From a virus (lineage: Duplodnaviria; Caudoviricetes): DNA of 29,562 nucleotides. This document shows positions 8,462-18,299 of the stretch, piece after piece. Within the stretch, counting starts at the first letter, position 1, and each line of letters opens with the position of its first letter. The notes under the pieces were generated by a model. That model worked only from the letters and a program-made list of their open reading frames with translations. It did no database searches and was not told the origin of the DNA. Location of the stretch: positions 1 through 29,562 of IMG/VR virus record IMGVR_UViG_3300047308_000080. The stretch is one strand, 5' to 3'. The position numbers and the translations under genes were made by a program.

Positions 8462-11177
8462 TATTTATGAATCCCCTGGCCAGCAGGTTGCTTTAACTGG
8501 ATCTCAAACAGGCGTTTCTTTTCAACCCGGTCAAGCATACGATCCTTCGCGGATGATGCTCCAACAGTCGGAACGAGACCTTGAAGCTTTTGCTAAATTC
8601 AGTGAAACGCTTGGAGGTGTCATTAAACAACAAGCAGAAAAAAGAAAAAAGTCTAAAATTGCTGAAGGTTACGCTAAATTTATTCGTGGAGAAGTTATTC
8701 TAGATCCACAAAATAAGAATAAATTTATTGCCAAGTCTGCTGGATTGGAAGCAGCAGCAACTAGAGATATTAACGCAGCTAAAGCTGTTGCTGAATCCGG
8801 AACGGATCCTGGTGCGGCAAGTACTATTCTCTCTACCAGTCCAGCCCTTCAAGGTTGGGAAGCTGTCGGTGCCGCTCAAGCTGCTGCTCAACTGGCTCCG
8901 GCTAGTTTGGAATCCTTTTTGTATTCTAAAAAGAGGAGTGATCAATCAGTTACTTTGCCAGATGGCAGTGTTGTAAAACCTAATGAAGCTAAGGGTTATC
9001 AAATTAGTGATGTTACCCGTGTCTTGACTCAGCAGTGGGTTCAGGAATATGGTCTTGATAGGTTGAATCCAGCAATCATTCAAGAGTATGGCGGGTTTAA
9101 TATGGCCATGGCTGAACGCGAAGTCATGCGTTCTTGGATGAAAGAAACTGATGAACGTGAACTAAAGACACGGCAGTATAACGTAACTGTTAAAAGTGCG
9201 AATACCATTACAACTGCGTTAACCCCAAATGGTGCTCGTCAATGGCAAGAAACTTCATTTGGTGATCTACTGCGTGAATTTGGTGATCCTGTTGTTGCTA
9301 ATGAAACGCAATTAAAGCTCATTAGTGATCAACTTAATATATATGCAGACGCTAAAGACTCAAGTTCTATGGGTTCTCTTGTTGCATCCCTAGAACAAAC
9401 TCCAATTCCTGGAACTAATTTGACATTTGGTCAAAAGAATGCTGCTAAATTTAGGGAATTTAAAACTTTAATTTCGACAACACGAAAGGCAGCAGCAGCA
9501 GCAGCAGATGAAAACGACAAGTCAACCTTAGATCTTCAATGGAATCAATTTCAATCCCTTAGACGTACTGCTACTCCTGAACAATTAACTATTCTCCGAA
9601 AGAAATTTAGAGAGTCTTTGACTAAAAGTTCCAGCCCTTACGCAATGGAACTGCAAAATAAGTTGACTGCTGAAGACGGTTCACTGCGACTTGCAGATGC
9701 TATTGAGAAGCAGATTCGTTCTGGAAATAAAAAGCCAGGAGGAGGATTTCTTTGGACTGAAGATGAGGTTGATAAGCTAGTTCTTAGTGAGGACCTAGAA
9801 GAAGCAGATGCCAAACGTATTAAAGAAATGCTTCCTGACGTTCCCAGCTTGAAGGAATTGGCAGAAGGTATTGGTTCAAATGTAGTTGCCTTAGTTGCAG
9901 CACAGTGGACTAACGCAAAGGCAGAAAGAGGTGTAACTTATAATTCTAAACCTGGGTTTCAAAAATCAGTTAATGAAATTATCAAGGCAGCATCCGCTGT
10001 TGCTTACGATACTATTTCTAAAAAATGGCAAACTGCGTTTGAAAAAACGGGCAAATATCCCAATGATTCAGAAATTAGGCGTCAGTGGGTTGCAGAAACT
10101 GAAAGAATTATTAATTTTAAAGATGATCCATATTATCTAAATGATAAGGGACTGGCACCTAATCTATTAAAGCCACTTCCCGCAGGACAACCGTATGAAA
10201 TTAAGAGTCCTGTTGCCTCTCCTGAAGAGGTTCGCCGTATCCGGCAACAAGTGGGGCCCCTGCCTACCATGTCGCCAACGGTTCAACGGATTGACGATCC
10301 AAGTGATTTTGACTTTTATCAAAGTATTATTGATAAAGGAGGCGTGTTGCCAGAAGAGGTAACGGCTGCTGTCACTATGACTGGCCTTAGTGTTGACGGA
10401 TGGATGGCTGCTCAAGGGCGATTTTTAGGAGTGCCTTACCAACCAAATCCTGACAAATTAGCGTCATTTCAAAAGATGGCTGCGATCAATCGTACTGCGG
10501 CTAATGTTCTTGGTAACCCTAGATCTACCGTTGCTCAGATGGAAAGTGCTATGAAAATTATTCAAGCAGGCATGGCTCCAACTGCTACCCCTAGGGCACA
10601 AGGAGATACGTTAGGTGCTGGAGATTTTGGCGGTTTGGCTAAACTTACTTCAAGTGGAGAAGGTGGCTTTGATTCTGTCAATCGCGGTACCGCAGGGGAC
10701 ACCCCTAGTGGGATGAAGCTAACCTCAATGCGTATTGGTGATGTTCAACAGCTTCAACAACGTTATAACGCTACCAAAGGCAGGGAAGGTGTTTATGCTG
10801 TTGGATTTGCACAATGGGTATCTGAGGGACAATTTGATATGGCAGTTAAGGCTGCTGGTCTTAGTCCAGATGATAAGATGACTCCAGAGAATCAACTCAA
10901 GATGTTTTGGGGTTATATTCTTAATACCGACAAACGTCCTGATCTGCGTGATTATCTACTTGGTAAGCATAATGACCCCAATCGAGCACAAGAAGCCTTT
11001 GCGTGGGAATGGGCCGCTGCTCCAGGAGTAAATGGTAAAGGCAAGTATGATAACGATAAAGCTCGCAACAAAGCAACCATTGACTCAACAAAACTACGTC
11101 AAACTCTTCTCAACGCTCGTCGAGAAATTAAACAGATGATTGATAGCGGCATAGATCCTCTGTCTCTCTTCCGTTAA
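8454..11177 (+). CDS. Internal virion protein, T7 gp15-like, with C-terminal lysozyme-like domain
   Basis: ~907 aa helical protein between gp14- and gp16-like genes; C-terminus SGEGGFDSVNRG...LTSMRIGDV...AVGFAQ...TPENQ...EWAAAP resembles a lysozyme-like muralytic fold. Confidence 0.8.
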   Translation: MASIYESPGQQVALTGSQTGVSFQPGQAYDPSRMMLQQSERDLEAFAKFSETLGGVIKQQAEKRKKSKIAEGYAKFIRGEVILDPQNKNKFIAKSAGLEAAATRDINAAKAVAESGTDPGAASTILSTSPALQGWEAVGAAQAAAQLAPASLESFLYSKKRSDQSVTLPDGSVVKPNEAKGYQISDVTRVLTQQWVQEYGLDRLNPAIIQEYGGFNMAMAEREVMRSWMKETDERELKTRQYNVTVKSANTITTALTPNGARQWQETSFGDLLREFGDPVVANETQLKLISDQLNIYADAKDSSSMGSLVASLEQTPIPGTNLTFGQKNAAKFREFKTLISTTRKAAAAAADENDKSTLDLQWNQFQSLRRTATPEQLTILRKKFRESLTKSSSPYAMELQNKLTAEDGSLRLADAIEKQIRSGNKKPGGGFLWTEDEVDKLVLSEDLEEADAKRIKEMLPDVPSLKELAEGIGSNVVALVAAQWTNAKAERGVTYNSKPGFQKSVNEIIKAASAVAYDTISKKWQTAFEKTGKYPNDSEIRRQWVAETERIINFKDDPYYLNDKGLAPNLLKPLPAGQPYEIKSPVASPEEVRRIRQQVGPLPTMSPTVQRIDDPSDFDFYQSIIDKGGVLPEEVTAAVTMTGLSVDGWMAAQGRFLGVPYQPNPDKLASFQKMAAINRTAANVLGNPRSTVAQMESAMKIIQAGMAPTATPRAQGDTLGAGDFGGLAKLTSSGEGGFDSVNRGTAGDTPSGMKLTSMRIGDVQQLQQRYNATKGREGVYAVGFAQWVSEGQFDMAVKAAGLSPDDKMTPENQLKMFWGYILNTDKRPDLRDYLLGKHNDPNRAQEAFAWEWAAAPGVNGKGKYDNDKARNKATIDSTKLRQTLLNARREIKQMIDSGIDPLSLFR

Positions 11178-11194
11178 TTAACAACGTGGATAAT

Positions 11195-11264
11195 AGACTC
11201 CAAACTTGCGAGGGCGGAGTCTCCACACACACAATTATTTTTTCCATAACTACTCCTGAGGGAG
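11195..11264 (+). promoter_or_regulatory. Two hairpins in the gp16 leader; the second occludes a candidate SD
   Basis: AGACTCC/GGAGTCT stem around CT-TGCG-AG; CTCC-TGAG-GGAG with GGAG ending 10 nt before ATG 11275. Confidence 0.45.
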
Positions 11265-11274
11265 ATTTACACAC

Positions 11275-14200
11275 ATGTCTGATCCGTTGCAAGGTTGGGA
11301 ACCCGGTAGTACTTATGGCGCTTACCGAGATCCTGAGTACACAAAACGAGCCCTAAAGGCTCAACAAGAAAAGGAACAAAAAAGTAAGCCAGCCGCAACT
11401 GCTAAACCTGGAACCAAGCCAGCAGCAAAGGCAAAACCAAAGCCTAAAAAGAATCAACAGACTTGGAATCCTGCTGGTGTTGTTGGTCAGGGGCTGAAAC
11501 AAGCATTAGCCCCGGTAATGGGTGCTGCTGATGCTACGGCTAAGGCACTTGAAAATACATCAGATTTCTTAGCTCAAGCTGCTGGACAAGATCCTAAAGT
11601 ACGGGAACAGCAAAAGCTACAACGTAAGCAACAGCAAGCCAAGACTGATAAAACCATTTCTAAAGAGATGGCTGGGCCTAAAGAAATGGCTCGCGTTGCT
11701 CTTAAAAGTACTGGTCCCGGTATTATTGAAAACGTAGCTGATACTGCCATTCTTGTTGGAGATACCCTTCAACAACCACTTAGGGCTGTAACGGGAACCT
11801 ATGATGCCACAAAAGATCCATTCAATGACCGGTATATCCGGGCACAAACAGATCTCGGCATTACTCCTAAAACTGAAGGTGGAAAGAAGGTAGCAAGACT
11901 TCTGCAATTCTTTAATGCTTCAAGGGCTGTAACACGAGCAACAACTTTTGGTATTACAAAGGTTACAGGACAACCACAAACCCTCTCGCAAGCCCTTAAG
12001 GTGCCAAAGGGGCGTGGAGCACAGACCTTGGTCGATAACATTCCTGGTGCTGTGGCTGACTTCCTTATGGCATCTCCCAACGACCCAGAAACCCTTTCTA
12101 ACTTTGCTCAAGATATGGTTCCTGAGCCCCTTAAGCCTTTGTTCTTTCTCGCTGCTGATGGCGAGCAAGATAACATCTATCAAATTAAATTGAAAGGTGC
12201 GCTTGAGGGTGAAAGTTTTGGAATAATTGGTGATGTTCTTGGCTCTATGTTTAAGGGACGTTCATTCTTCAAAAAAGCCAAAGAGGATGGTGCGGATGAT
12301 GAAGAGGCCCTATCTGGAGCTTTAAAGGAAATGTCTGATGAGGCCGATACGTTGGCCACTAAGGCAGATGCTGATTACCGAAAGGAAGGTGAAAGTTGGA
12401 ATGATACAAGGGAGATCCAACTTCAACAAACTTTGGAGAAGGAAAACTTTCTACGTCAAGAGCTAGATGGTTTGGATCCTGAAAGCACAAGAGCTAAGGA
12501 GATCAATAAAAAACTTGAAGATCTGAAAATGGATCAACAAGAAATTGATCGAGCTATTGTCGATACTTCTTACAAGGAAACTTGGGAAAAAGAAGGTGCC
12601 TTTAAAAGTCTTAACATTGAAGAGTCTATTATTGCTGGACGCAACTGGCTCACGGATTCAGCCGTCAAACGGTTAAACCTTGAGGATACTTGGAAAGATA
12701 TTATCAAGCCTGCTATTAAAAATCTAGATCCTGATGCTTTGAATGCAATTTATCGCAACCAAGGTAAGGCTGCTTGGGAAAAACTCAAGACTAAACACAC
12801 TGCGGCTTTGGTGGATAAATTTACCGAAGTCATGGAAACAGCATCTTCTGCTGATGAAGCCAAAGATCTAGCCTTTAAATATCTGCGTCAACAAGGTCAA
12901 ACTTTCACTAAAGCTAGTGGAGAGATGATCGAAGATGAGGCAGTTATTGTTGTTCAAGCAACAATGCAAGGCATGGCTGAAGAGCTGGCTAAGGTATCTA
13001 AAAGTTTGCTTGATGTTGACGCTGCTCACCTAACAAATGGCAATCAAGCAGATCGCCTTTTGGATCGTTTGATTGGCCTTATGATGCTTCGTAAGGAAGG
13101 GTATAGTTTGGATGCCGGTCGTCGGTTGCTTCTTGGTAAATTTCCTGCTTATAAGCGAATGATTGAAGAAGCAGGCAACGAGGCAGACAAAACTACTCTT
13201 ACGCCAAGGATGCTTAAGACATGGGCTGCTGATATTAAAGCACGAATCCGTGCCGAAGATCCAACTGGCATTGAAGAAATGCGTATGATGGCTCTTGCTC
13301 TGTCGTTGGCACAAGGAGATCCTTCTAAGAGTATTAACTTTGGAGAAACTGTCCTTCGTAGTTTTGGAAAGGAATCTCTTGGTTTGTTTTTTAATAGCAT
13401 CCTTTCTGGACCTAAAACCATTGTACGAAACATGGGTGCGGCTATTCGTATCTTTGCCCAACCGATGGAGATTGGCATCAGAGGAGTTATAGAGGGCGAT
13501 GATCGTCTCATTGGTGCGGCTGGAGCTGGAATGATTGGTGCGTTTAGCAGCCTTCAAGATGCGTTCCATGTGGCTGCTGTTACCATGAAGAGTGGTGTTC
13601 CTGCTACTTGGAATGAAGTGAGCGTGTTGCGAAAGGCTGAACGAATGGCGGAGGTTGATGCGATTGCTGATGCCGCTGTAAATCCAGCACAACGAGCAGC
13701 CGCTGGAACTCTTAAATTTGTTCATGCTATTAATAACTGGACAGATCTTCCCAGTAGGCTCATGATGTCTACTGATGACTTTGTGAGGACAGTTGCTGTT
13801 CGTCAAAAAATTTATGAGGATGCTATTCTAAAAGCATTTGAAGCAAAAGCAACCAATAAGGCAGCCTTTGCAGCAGCTAATGAAACAGCTATTCGTGAGT
13901 TAGAACGAAACGTTGACTTCAAGACAGGGCAAATTAAAGATAAGGCTCTTCAGGACTTTGCAGAACGAGCTACTTATCAGGAGGATCCTGGTGGATTTGT
14001 AAATAGCCTTTCTAACATGATTGAAAGGGCAGCTCCTTTGGGAATTCCTGTTGGTAAATATATGTTCCCCTTTGTGCGAACTCCTGCCAACATCATGAGG
14101 TATCAGTTGCAAATGACTCCTGGAGCTACGTCTCCTCTTCTGCAAAATTTCATGGGTGGATACAAAGATGCAATTGCTAGGGGTGATACTTTAAAAATTG

Positions 14201-15345
14201 CGGAGTATCAAGGTCGTGAAGCTATTGGCTCGTTTTTGGTTTCTTTTGGTTATACCCATGCGTGGTCTGGCCATATGACTGGAAACATGCCGATGGATAA
14301 AGATGAACGTGAACGGTGGCGGGTTGCTGGAATTCTTCCACGATCAATTAAAATCGGCAATCAATGGGTATCCTACAACTGGTTTGAACCTCTTTCTAAC
14401 TGGGTGGCGGCTGCTGCTGATTTGGGTCATATGGAACGTAATGGATCTATTAAAGAACTTGATCAGGTAGCAACCCGACTAGGATTTGCTATTGCTGCTA
14501 GTTTTACAGAGAAAAGTTATCTTGCTGGTCTTGATAATCTTTCGGTGTTGAGTAATCCTTACGATTCAGTTACTGATTTTATGAAGGCAAAGGAACGCTT
14601 TGGGGAACCTACTGGACCTGCTGATCGCGCAACGGCGGGGGTTTTGGGTTTTGTTAACTCCTTTATTCCGGGCGCTGGCTTTAGGAAGACTTGGGCAAAT
14701 ACTTCTGACCCATACTATCGTGAGTATGAATCTTGGACTCAAAAGAAATTGGCAGACATGATGCCTTGGCTTAGTAAGCAGAACATTCCTTATGATATTA
14801 GCATCCTTACTGGAAAGCCTATGCTAAATCCAGGTGGAGGCCTTCGTAATTCAACTCTTCCTTTTGAAGCCATTGATGTTAATAAAGATCCAGTAGCTCA
14901 GAAGCTTGTTGAATTGGAAGTTTGGCCTACAATTGACTACAAAAAAACTCAAGATGGTATTACTTTAGATCCTCAAGCTAGGGTAAGGTTGAAGGAGTTG
15001 ATGTGGAACAATGGCGGGTTGCCGAGTGAACTCAAGCAGTGGTTTAATAGCTCTGAATTTAAACAAAGCCAAAAGAACTACGAAGGAAAAACTTTGGAAC
15101 GTGGTGAAGAATATGTTGATCCACTCTTCATTCGTAGAACCAAAGAAATTCTCACAAATGCTCATGGTAGGGCATCTATGGCTTTGATTTCGGAACGACC
15201 TGATTTGGAAGAAAAGATCCGTAAGGTTGGTCAACTTAAATTTGCTCAAAATCAGGATAACTTTGCAAGTCAAGCTGAAATTCAACAGCAAAATATTGAA
15301 GCCGAAACGGAACGAATTAATCAGTTAATTAACTTTGGCATGTAA
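11275..15345 (+). CDS. Internal virion protein, T7 gp16-like
   Basis: 1356 aa, directly before the tail fibre; NSILSGPKT, PSRLMMSTDDF, FPFVRTPANI, EKSYLAGL motifs. Confidence 0.85.
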   Translation: MSDPLQGWEPGSTYGAYRDPEYTKRALKAQQEKEQKSKPAATAKPGTKPAAKAKPKPKKNQQTWNPAGVVGQGLKQALAPVMGAADATAKALENTSDFLAQAAGQDPKVREQQKLQRKQQQAKTDKTISKEMAGPKEMARVALKSTGPGIIENVADTAILVGDTLQQPLRAVTGTYDATKDPFNDRYIRAQTDLGITPKTEGGKKVARLLQFFNASRAVTRATTFGITKVTGQPQTLSQALKVPKGRGAQTLVDNIPGAVADFLMASPNDPETLSNFAQDMVPEPLKPLFFLAADGEQDNIYQIKLKGALEGESFGIIGDVLGSMFKGRSFFKKAKEDGADDEEALSGALKEMSDEADTLATKADADYRKEGESWNDTREIQLQQTLEKENFLRQELDGLDPESTRAKEINKKLEDLKMDQQEIDRAIVDTSYKETWEKEGAFKSLNIEESIIAGRNWLTDSAVKRLNLEDTWKDIIKPAIKNLDPDALNAIYRNQGKAAWEKLKTKHTAALVDKFTEVMETASSADEAKDLAFKYLRQQGQTFTKASGEMIEDEAVIVVQATMQGMAEELAKVSKSLLDVDAAHLTNGNQADRLLDRLIGLMMLRKEGYSLDAGRRLLLGKFPAYKRMIEEAGNEADKTTLTPRMLKTWAADIKARIRAEDPTGIEEMRMMALALSLAQGDPSKSINFGETVLRSFGKESLGLFFNSILSGPKTIVRNMGAAIRIFAQPMEIGIRGVIEGDDRLIGAAGAGMIGAFSSLQDAFHVAAVTMKSGVPATWNEVSVLRKAERMAEVDAIADAAVNPAQRAAAGTLKFVHAINNWTDLPSRLMMSTDDFVRTVAVRQKIYEDAILKAFEAKATNKAAFAAANETAIRELERNVDFKTGQIKDKALQDFAERATYQEDPGGFVNSLSNMIERAAPLGIPVGKYMFPFVRTPANIMRYQLQMTPGATSPLLQNFMGGYKDAIARGDTLKIAEYQGREAIGSFLVSFGYTHAWSGHMTGNMPMDKDERERWRVAGILPRSIKIGNQWVSYNWFEPLSNWVAAAADLGHMERNGSIKELDQVATRLGFAIAASFTEKSYLAGLDNLSVLSNPYDSVTDFMKAKERFGEPTGPADRATAGVLGFVNSFIPGAGFRKTWANTSDPYYREYESWTQKKLADMMPWLSKQNIPYDISILTGKPMLNPGGGLRNSTLPFEAIDVNKDPVAQKLVELEVWPTIDYKKTQDGITLDPQARVRLKELMWNNGGLPSELKQWFNSSEFKQSQKNYEGKTLERGEEYVDPLFIRRTKEILTNAHGRASMALISERPDLEEKIRKVGQLKFAQNQDNFASQAEIQQQNIEAETERINQLINFGM

Positions 15346-15356
15346 CTCCCAACAAA

Positions 15357-17549
15357 ATGGCAACAACCTCAAACACATACACCGGAAACGGCACTAACAA
15401 GCTGTTCTCCATTACCTTTCCATATCTAGACACGTCTGATATTGATGTATACCTTAACGGTGTTCTTCAGACGATTACAACTCAATACTTCTTTGCCAAT
15501 GCCACCACAATTGAATTTGTAGCAGCTCCATCTAATGGGGCTGTGGTTCTTCTTAATCGAAGTACCGATGATACAACCCTTCAAGCTACGTTCTTTCCTG
15601 GTTCCTCCATTAAGGCAGCTGATCTTAATGATAATTTTGATCAAGTTCTTTATCTTTCTCAGGAAACTAATAATAATGTAGCCAATGCTGTTGCTGGTCA
15701 AATTCCTGATGGAAGTATCACAGTTGTTAAGATTGCTGATAACTCCATTACAAGTGCTAAAATTGTTAATGATTCAATTATCAATGAAGATGTAAATTCA
15801 GCAGCTGGTATTGTCGCCAGCAAGTTGTCGTTCACGCAATCTGGCACTGGCGCAACAGCAAGAACCGTTGATTCCAAACTCAAGGATACCGTATCCGTAA
15901 AGGACTTTGGGGCGGTTGGTGATGGAGTGGCCGATGACACGGTGGCGATTCAGGCCGCACTTAACTCCAACTTTGGCTGCATCTTTTTCCCAGAAGGCAC
16001 CTACAAAATAACGTCAACTGTTACAGCCTCAACCGACAAAAGGATCACCGGGGCTAGACAGGTGTCCTCGACCATCACCCTACACACAAGCACTCCGGGA
16101 ACAGTTGCAATCAAGGCCGAGGCGACGCGTGTTCAGTTTGACAGCATCAGCATTATCAGCAACTCCGGCATCAATGACGGGCTGGCAACTGTTGGCTTCT
16201 ACCATTCACGCCCTGGTGGCGGAACAAGTGTTGGTAGAATTACGCACCGTGATTTCACGATGAGTGGCTTCAGCGAAGCTGCCATTATTGTTGATCAGGC
16301 TATTTCGTACGGCATTTGCGACGGAACCATTGCCTGTGGCAAGTATGGAATCCTGATCCGCCCCCACATAACTACAGGCACTATCTCAACTTCCGTCACG
16401 CTGCAGAACCTTTACATCTTTGGCGGCAAGACAGCGAACATCGCTCTCTTCAATGTCTCGGACACTACGCTGATTAAGTGTGTCTTGGAGAATGGTGGCA
16501 GCGCTGCAGTAGCCGACTCTGCTGCACTCTTCAACTCACTCGGAAGAGTGCGTTGCTTTGGCTGCTACTTTGAAGCCAACTACAGAAACATCTCTACCAA
16601 CAGTGCGATCATTGAGATAGGTAGCTTTGATGGAACCGAAGACGCCCCTTCTATTTACACCTTCACTCCTGCCACTGCTTTCGCAAGTCGCGGGAACGTA
16701 TTAATCACTCAAAACCGCATCACCACGCGCTTCCTAAGTGCAGACACATCTTACACAAACTACCTTGAAGTTGAAAGCCCTATTGTATCAACTTCAGACA
16801 TCGCGTCGAGCAGCGGCAACATTAGGTCGGGGAGTACTTCTTCCGTCGGGAGAACGGATAATGTCACCCTTGGACTTAAAGCCTCTGTCAATGCAAATGC
16901 AGCGGGGTTCCGTGACACAATCGGGTCAGTTGTTGATCTTGGGGTTTCGTACTCCGCGGCTTCGGCTACTGGCAGATGGATGCGGATCAAGCAGTGCATG
17001 AACGGCAACACGGACCACAGGTTGGATTTCATCCGCATGACGGGTGACTATTACAACCCAACGGACGGCACAGAAAGCATTTTGTTTCGGCTTTATTCCA
17101 CATCTATCCGGCCTGGTGCAGACGGAACAATCGCTCTCGGTTCGGCATCGACAAGGTACTCAGAGGTCTTTGCCAGCGCTGGCACGATCAATACATCCGA
17201 TGAGCGGGCAAAGCAGGACATCTCTGGTCTTGACGACGCAGAGAAGGCAGTAGCGGTAACACTCAAGGGCTTGATCAAGAAGTACAGGTTTAAGGATGCT
17301 GTGCAAAGAAAGGGTGATGCAGCCCGCATCCACGTTGGCGTCATCGCCCAGGATGTAGTTGCTGCTTTTGCAGCCCAAGGACTGGACGCGACTCGCTATG
17401 GCTTGCTTTGCTACGACGAGTGGCACGAGCTTGACGGCGAAGAAGTTACTGCTGATGAGAGTGGCACTTACCCAGATGGGTCTATCAGGCGTGACCGTTA
17501 CGGTATTCGCTATGAGGAACTTCTGGCCTTTATTGTCTCTGCGCTCTGA
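15357..17549 (+). CDS. Tail fibre/tailspike: T7 gp17-like anchor, pectate-lyase-like beta-helix, peptidase S74 chaperone
   Basis: YTGNG...FSITFPYL...FFPGSSIKAADLNDNF anchor; VSVKDFGAVGDGVADDTVAIQAAL; INTSDERAKQDI...HVGVIAQDV...GIRYEELLAFI. Confidence 0.92.
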   Translation: MATTSNTYTGNGTNKLFSITFPYLDTSDIDVYLNGVLQTITTQYFFANATTIEFVAAPSNGAVVLLNRSTDDTTLQATFFPGSSIKAADLNDNFDQVLYLSQETNNNVANAVAGQIPDGSITVVKIADNSITSAKIVNDSIINEDVNSAAGIVASKLSFTQSGTGATARTVDSKLKDTVSVKDFGAVGDGVADDTVAIQAALNSNFGCIFFPEGTYKITSTVTASTDKRITGARQVSSTITLHTSTPGTVAIKAEATRVQFDSISIISNSGINDGLATVGFYHSRPGGGTSVGRITHRDFTMSGFSEAAIIVDQAISYGICDGTIACGKYGILIRPHITTGTISTSVTLQNLYIFGGKTANIALFNVSDTTLIKCVLENGGSAAVADSAALFNSLGRVRCFGCYFEANYRNISTNSAIIEIGSFDGTEDAPSIYTFTPATAFASRGNVLITQNRITTRFLSADTSYTNYLEVESPIVSTSDIASSSGNIRSGSTSSVGRTDNVTLGLKASVNANAAGFRDTIGSVVDLGVSYSAASATGRWMRIKQCMNGNTDHRLDFIRMTGDYYNPTDGTESILFRLYSTSIRPGADGTIALGSASTRYSEVFASAGTINTSDERAKQDISGLDDAEKAVAVTLKGLIKKYRFKDAVQRKGDAARIHVGVIAQDVVAAFAAQGLDATRYGLLCYDEWHELDGEEVTADESGTYPDGSIRRDRYGIRYEELLAFIVSAL

Positions 17550-17561
17550 TGGTAATTAAAG

Positions 17562-17690
17562 ATGGGCAAACCTAAATCACATCAAAAGGTGGAGCACGTT
17601 CCCGGACCACCAAAGAAAACCCGTCAAGGGCAGGGACAACACAGCCTTGCTAAGGGCACCCGTAAACTTTCTCGCGGCCAAGGCCGTTAA
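17562..17690 (+). CDS. Small basic protein (42 aa)
   Basis: Hand-translated MGKPKSHQKVEHVPGPPKKTRQGQGQHSLAKGTRKLSRGQGR*; fills the gap after the tail fibre; KKTRQG...RGQG pattern recalled from cyanophage small proteins. Confidence 0.7.
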   Translation: MGKPKSHQKVEHVPGPPKKTRQGQGQHSLAKGTRKLSRGQGR

Positions 17691-17694
17691 TCCT

Positions 17695-17895
17695 ATGCTT
17701 ACTATTCTTGGTCTTAAAGTTTCCTACGAAACGCTTGCCTTCTTTGTTTTGTTTATTGGTTCTGAAGTTCTTGCTTCCAGCAAACTCAAGTCCAATAGTT
17801 TTGTTCAGCTTCTTTTGAATGCTGTTGATTCGCTGAAGCAGTTCCGGTCTGAGGATGACAAAATCCAAAAGATTAAGGACTCCATCCTCAAGTGA
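17695..17895 (+). CDS. Small membrane protein, holin candidate (66 aa)
   Basis: Hydrophobic N-terminus (LAFFVLFIGSEVLA), charged C-terminus; after tail fibre as T7 holin gp17.5 is. Function inferred. Confidence 0.55.
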   Translation: MLTILGLKVSYETLAFFVLFIGSEVLASSKLKSNSFVQLLLNAVDSLKQFRSEDDKIQKIKDSILK

Positions 17896-18299
17896 AACAA
17901 TGTAACAAATGTCAACTAGTTAAAGATTTATCTGAATTTTATAAATTAGGTAAAGGTCGATCTAGTCCTGACGGTCGCACTGCTACATGCAAGCTATGCA
18001 ACAATAGGCAAGGCAGGCAATGGTACTCAGGTCAAACAAAGACCTATCATCGCATGTCTCGCTATGGCTTGTGTGAAGACGCTTATTACGCAATGTTAGA
18101 GGTTCAAAATTATAAATGTGCCCTCTGCAAATCAACAGATCCGAAGCGTAAGCAGGGTTTTGTTGTAGACCACGATCACAAAACTGGCAGAATTAGAGGA
18201 CTTTTGTGTCATCCTTGTAATATCGCCTTAGGCATGTTAGGGGATGATATAGAAGGATTAAAAAAAGCTGTAAAGTATTTAGAAAATAATGATGACTAA
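17892..18299 (+). CDS. Endonuclease VII-family (His-Me) nuclease, probable homing endonuclease
   Basis: CxxC pairs, Q-x-YKCALC, VVDHDHKTGRIRGLLCHPCNIALGMLGDD; overlaps both neighbours. Confidence 0.9.
   Translation: MKQCNKCQLVKDLSEFYKLGKGRSSPDGRTATCKLCNNRQGRQWYSGQTKTYHRMSRYGLCEDAYYAMLEVQNYKCALCKSTDPKRKQGFVVDHDHKTGRIRGLLCHPCNIALGMLGDDIEGLKKAVKYLENNDD

Noticed and set aside
17892-18299. Group I intron housing the EndoVII gene
   Set aside because: ORF overlaps both intact neighbours, leaving no room for an intron core.
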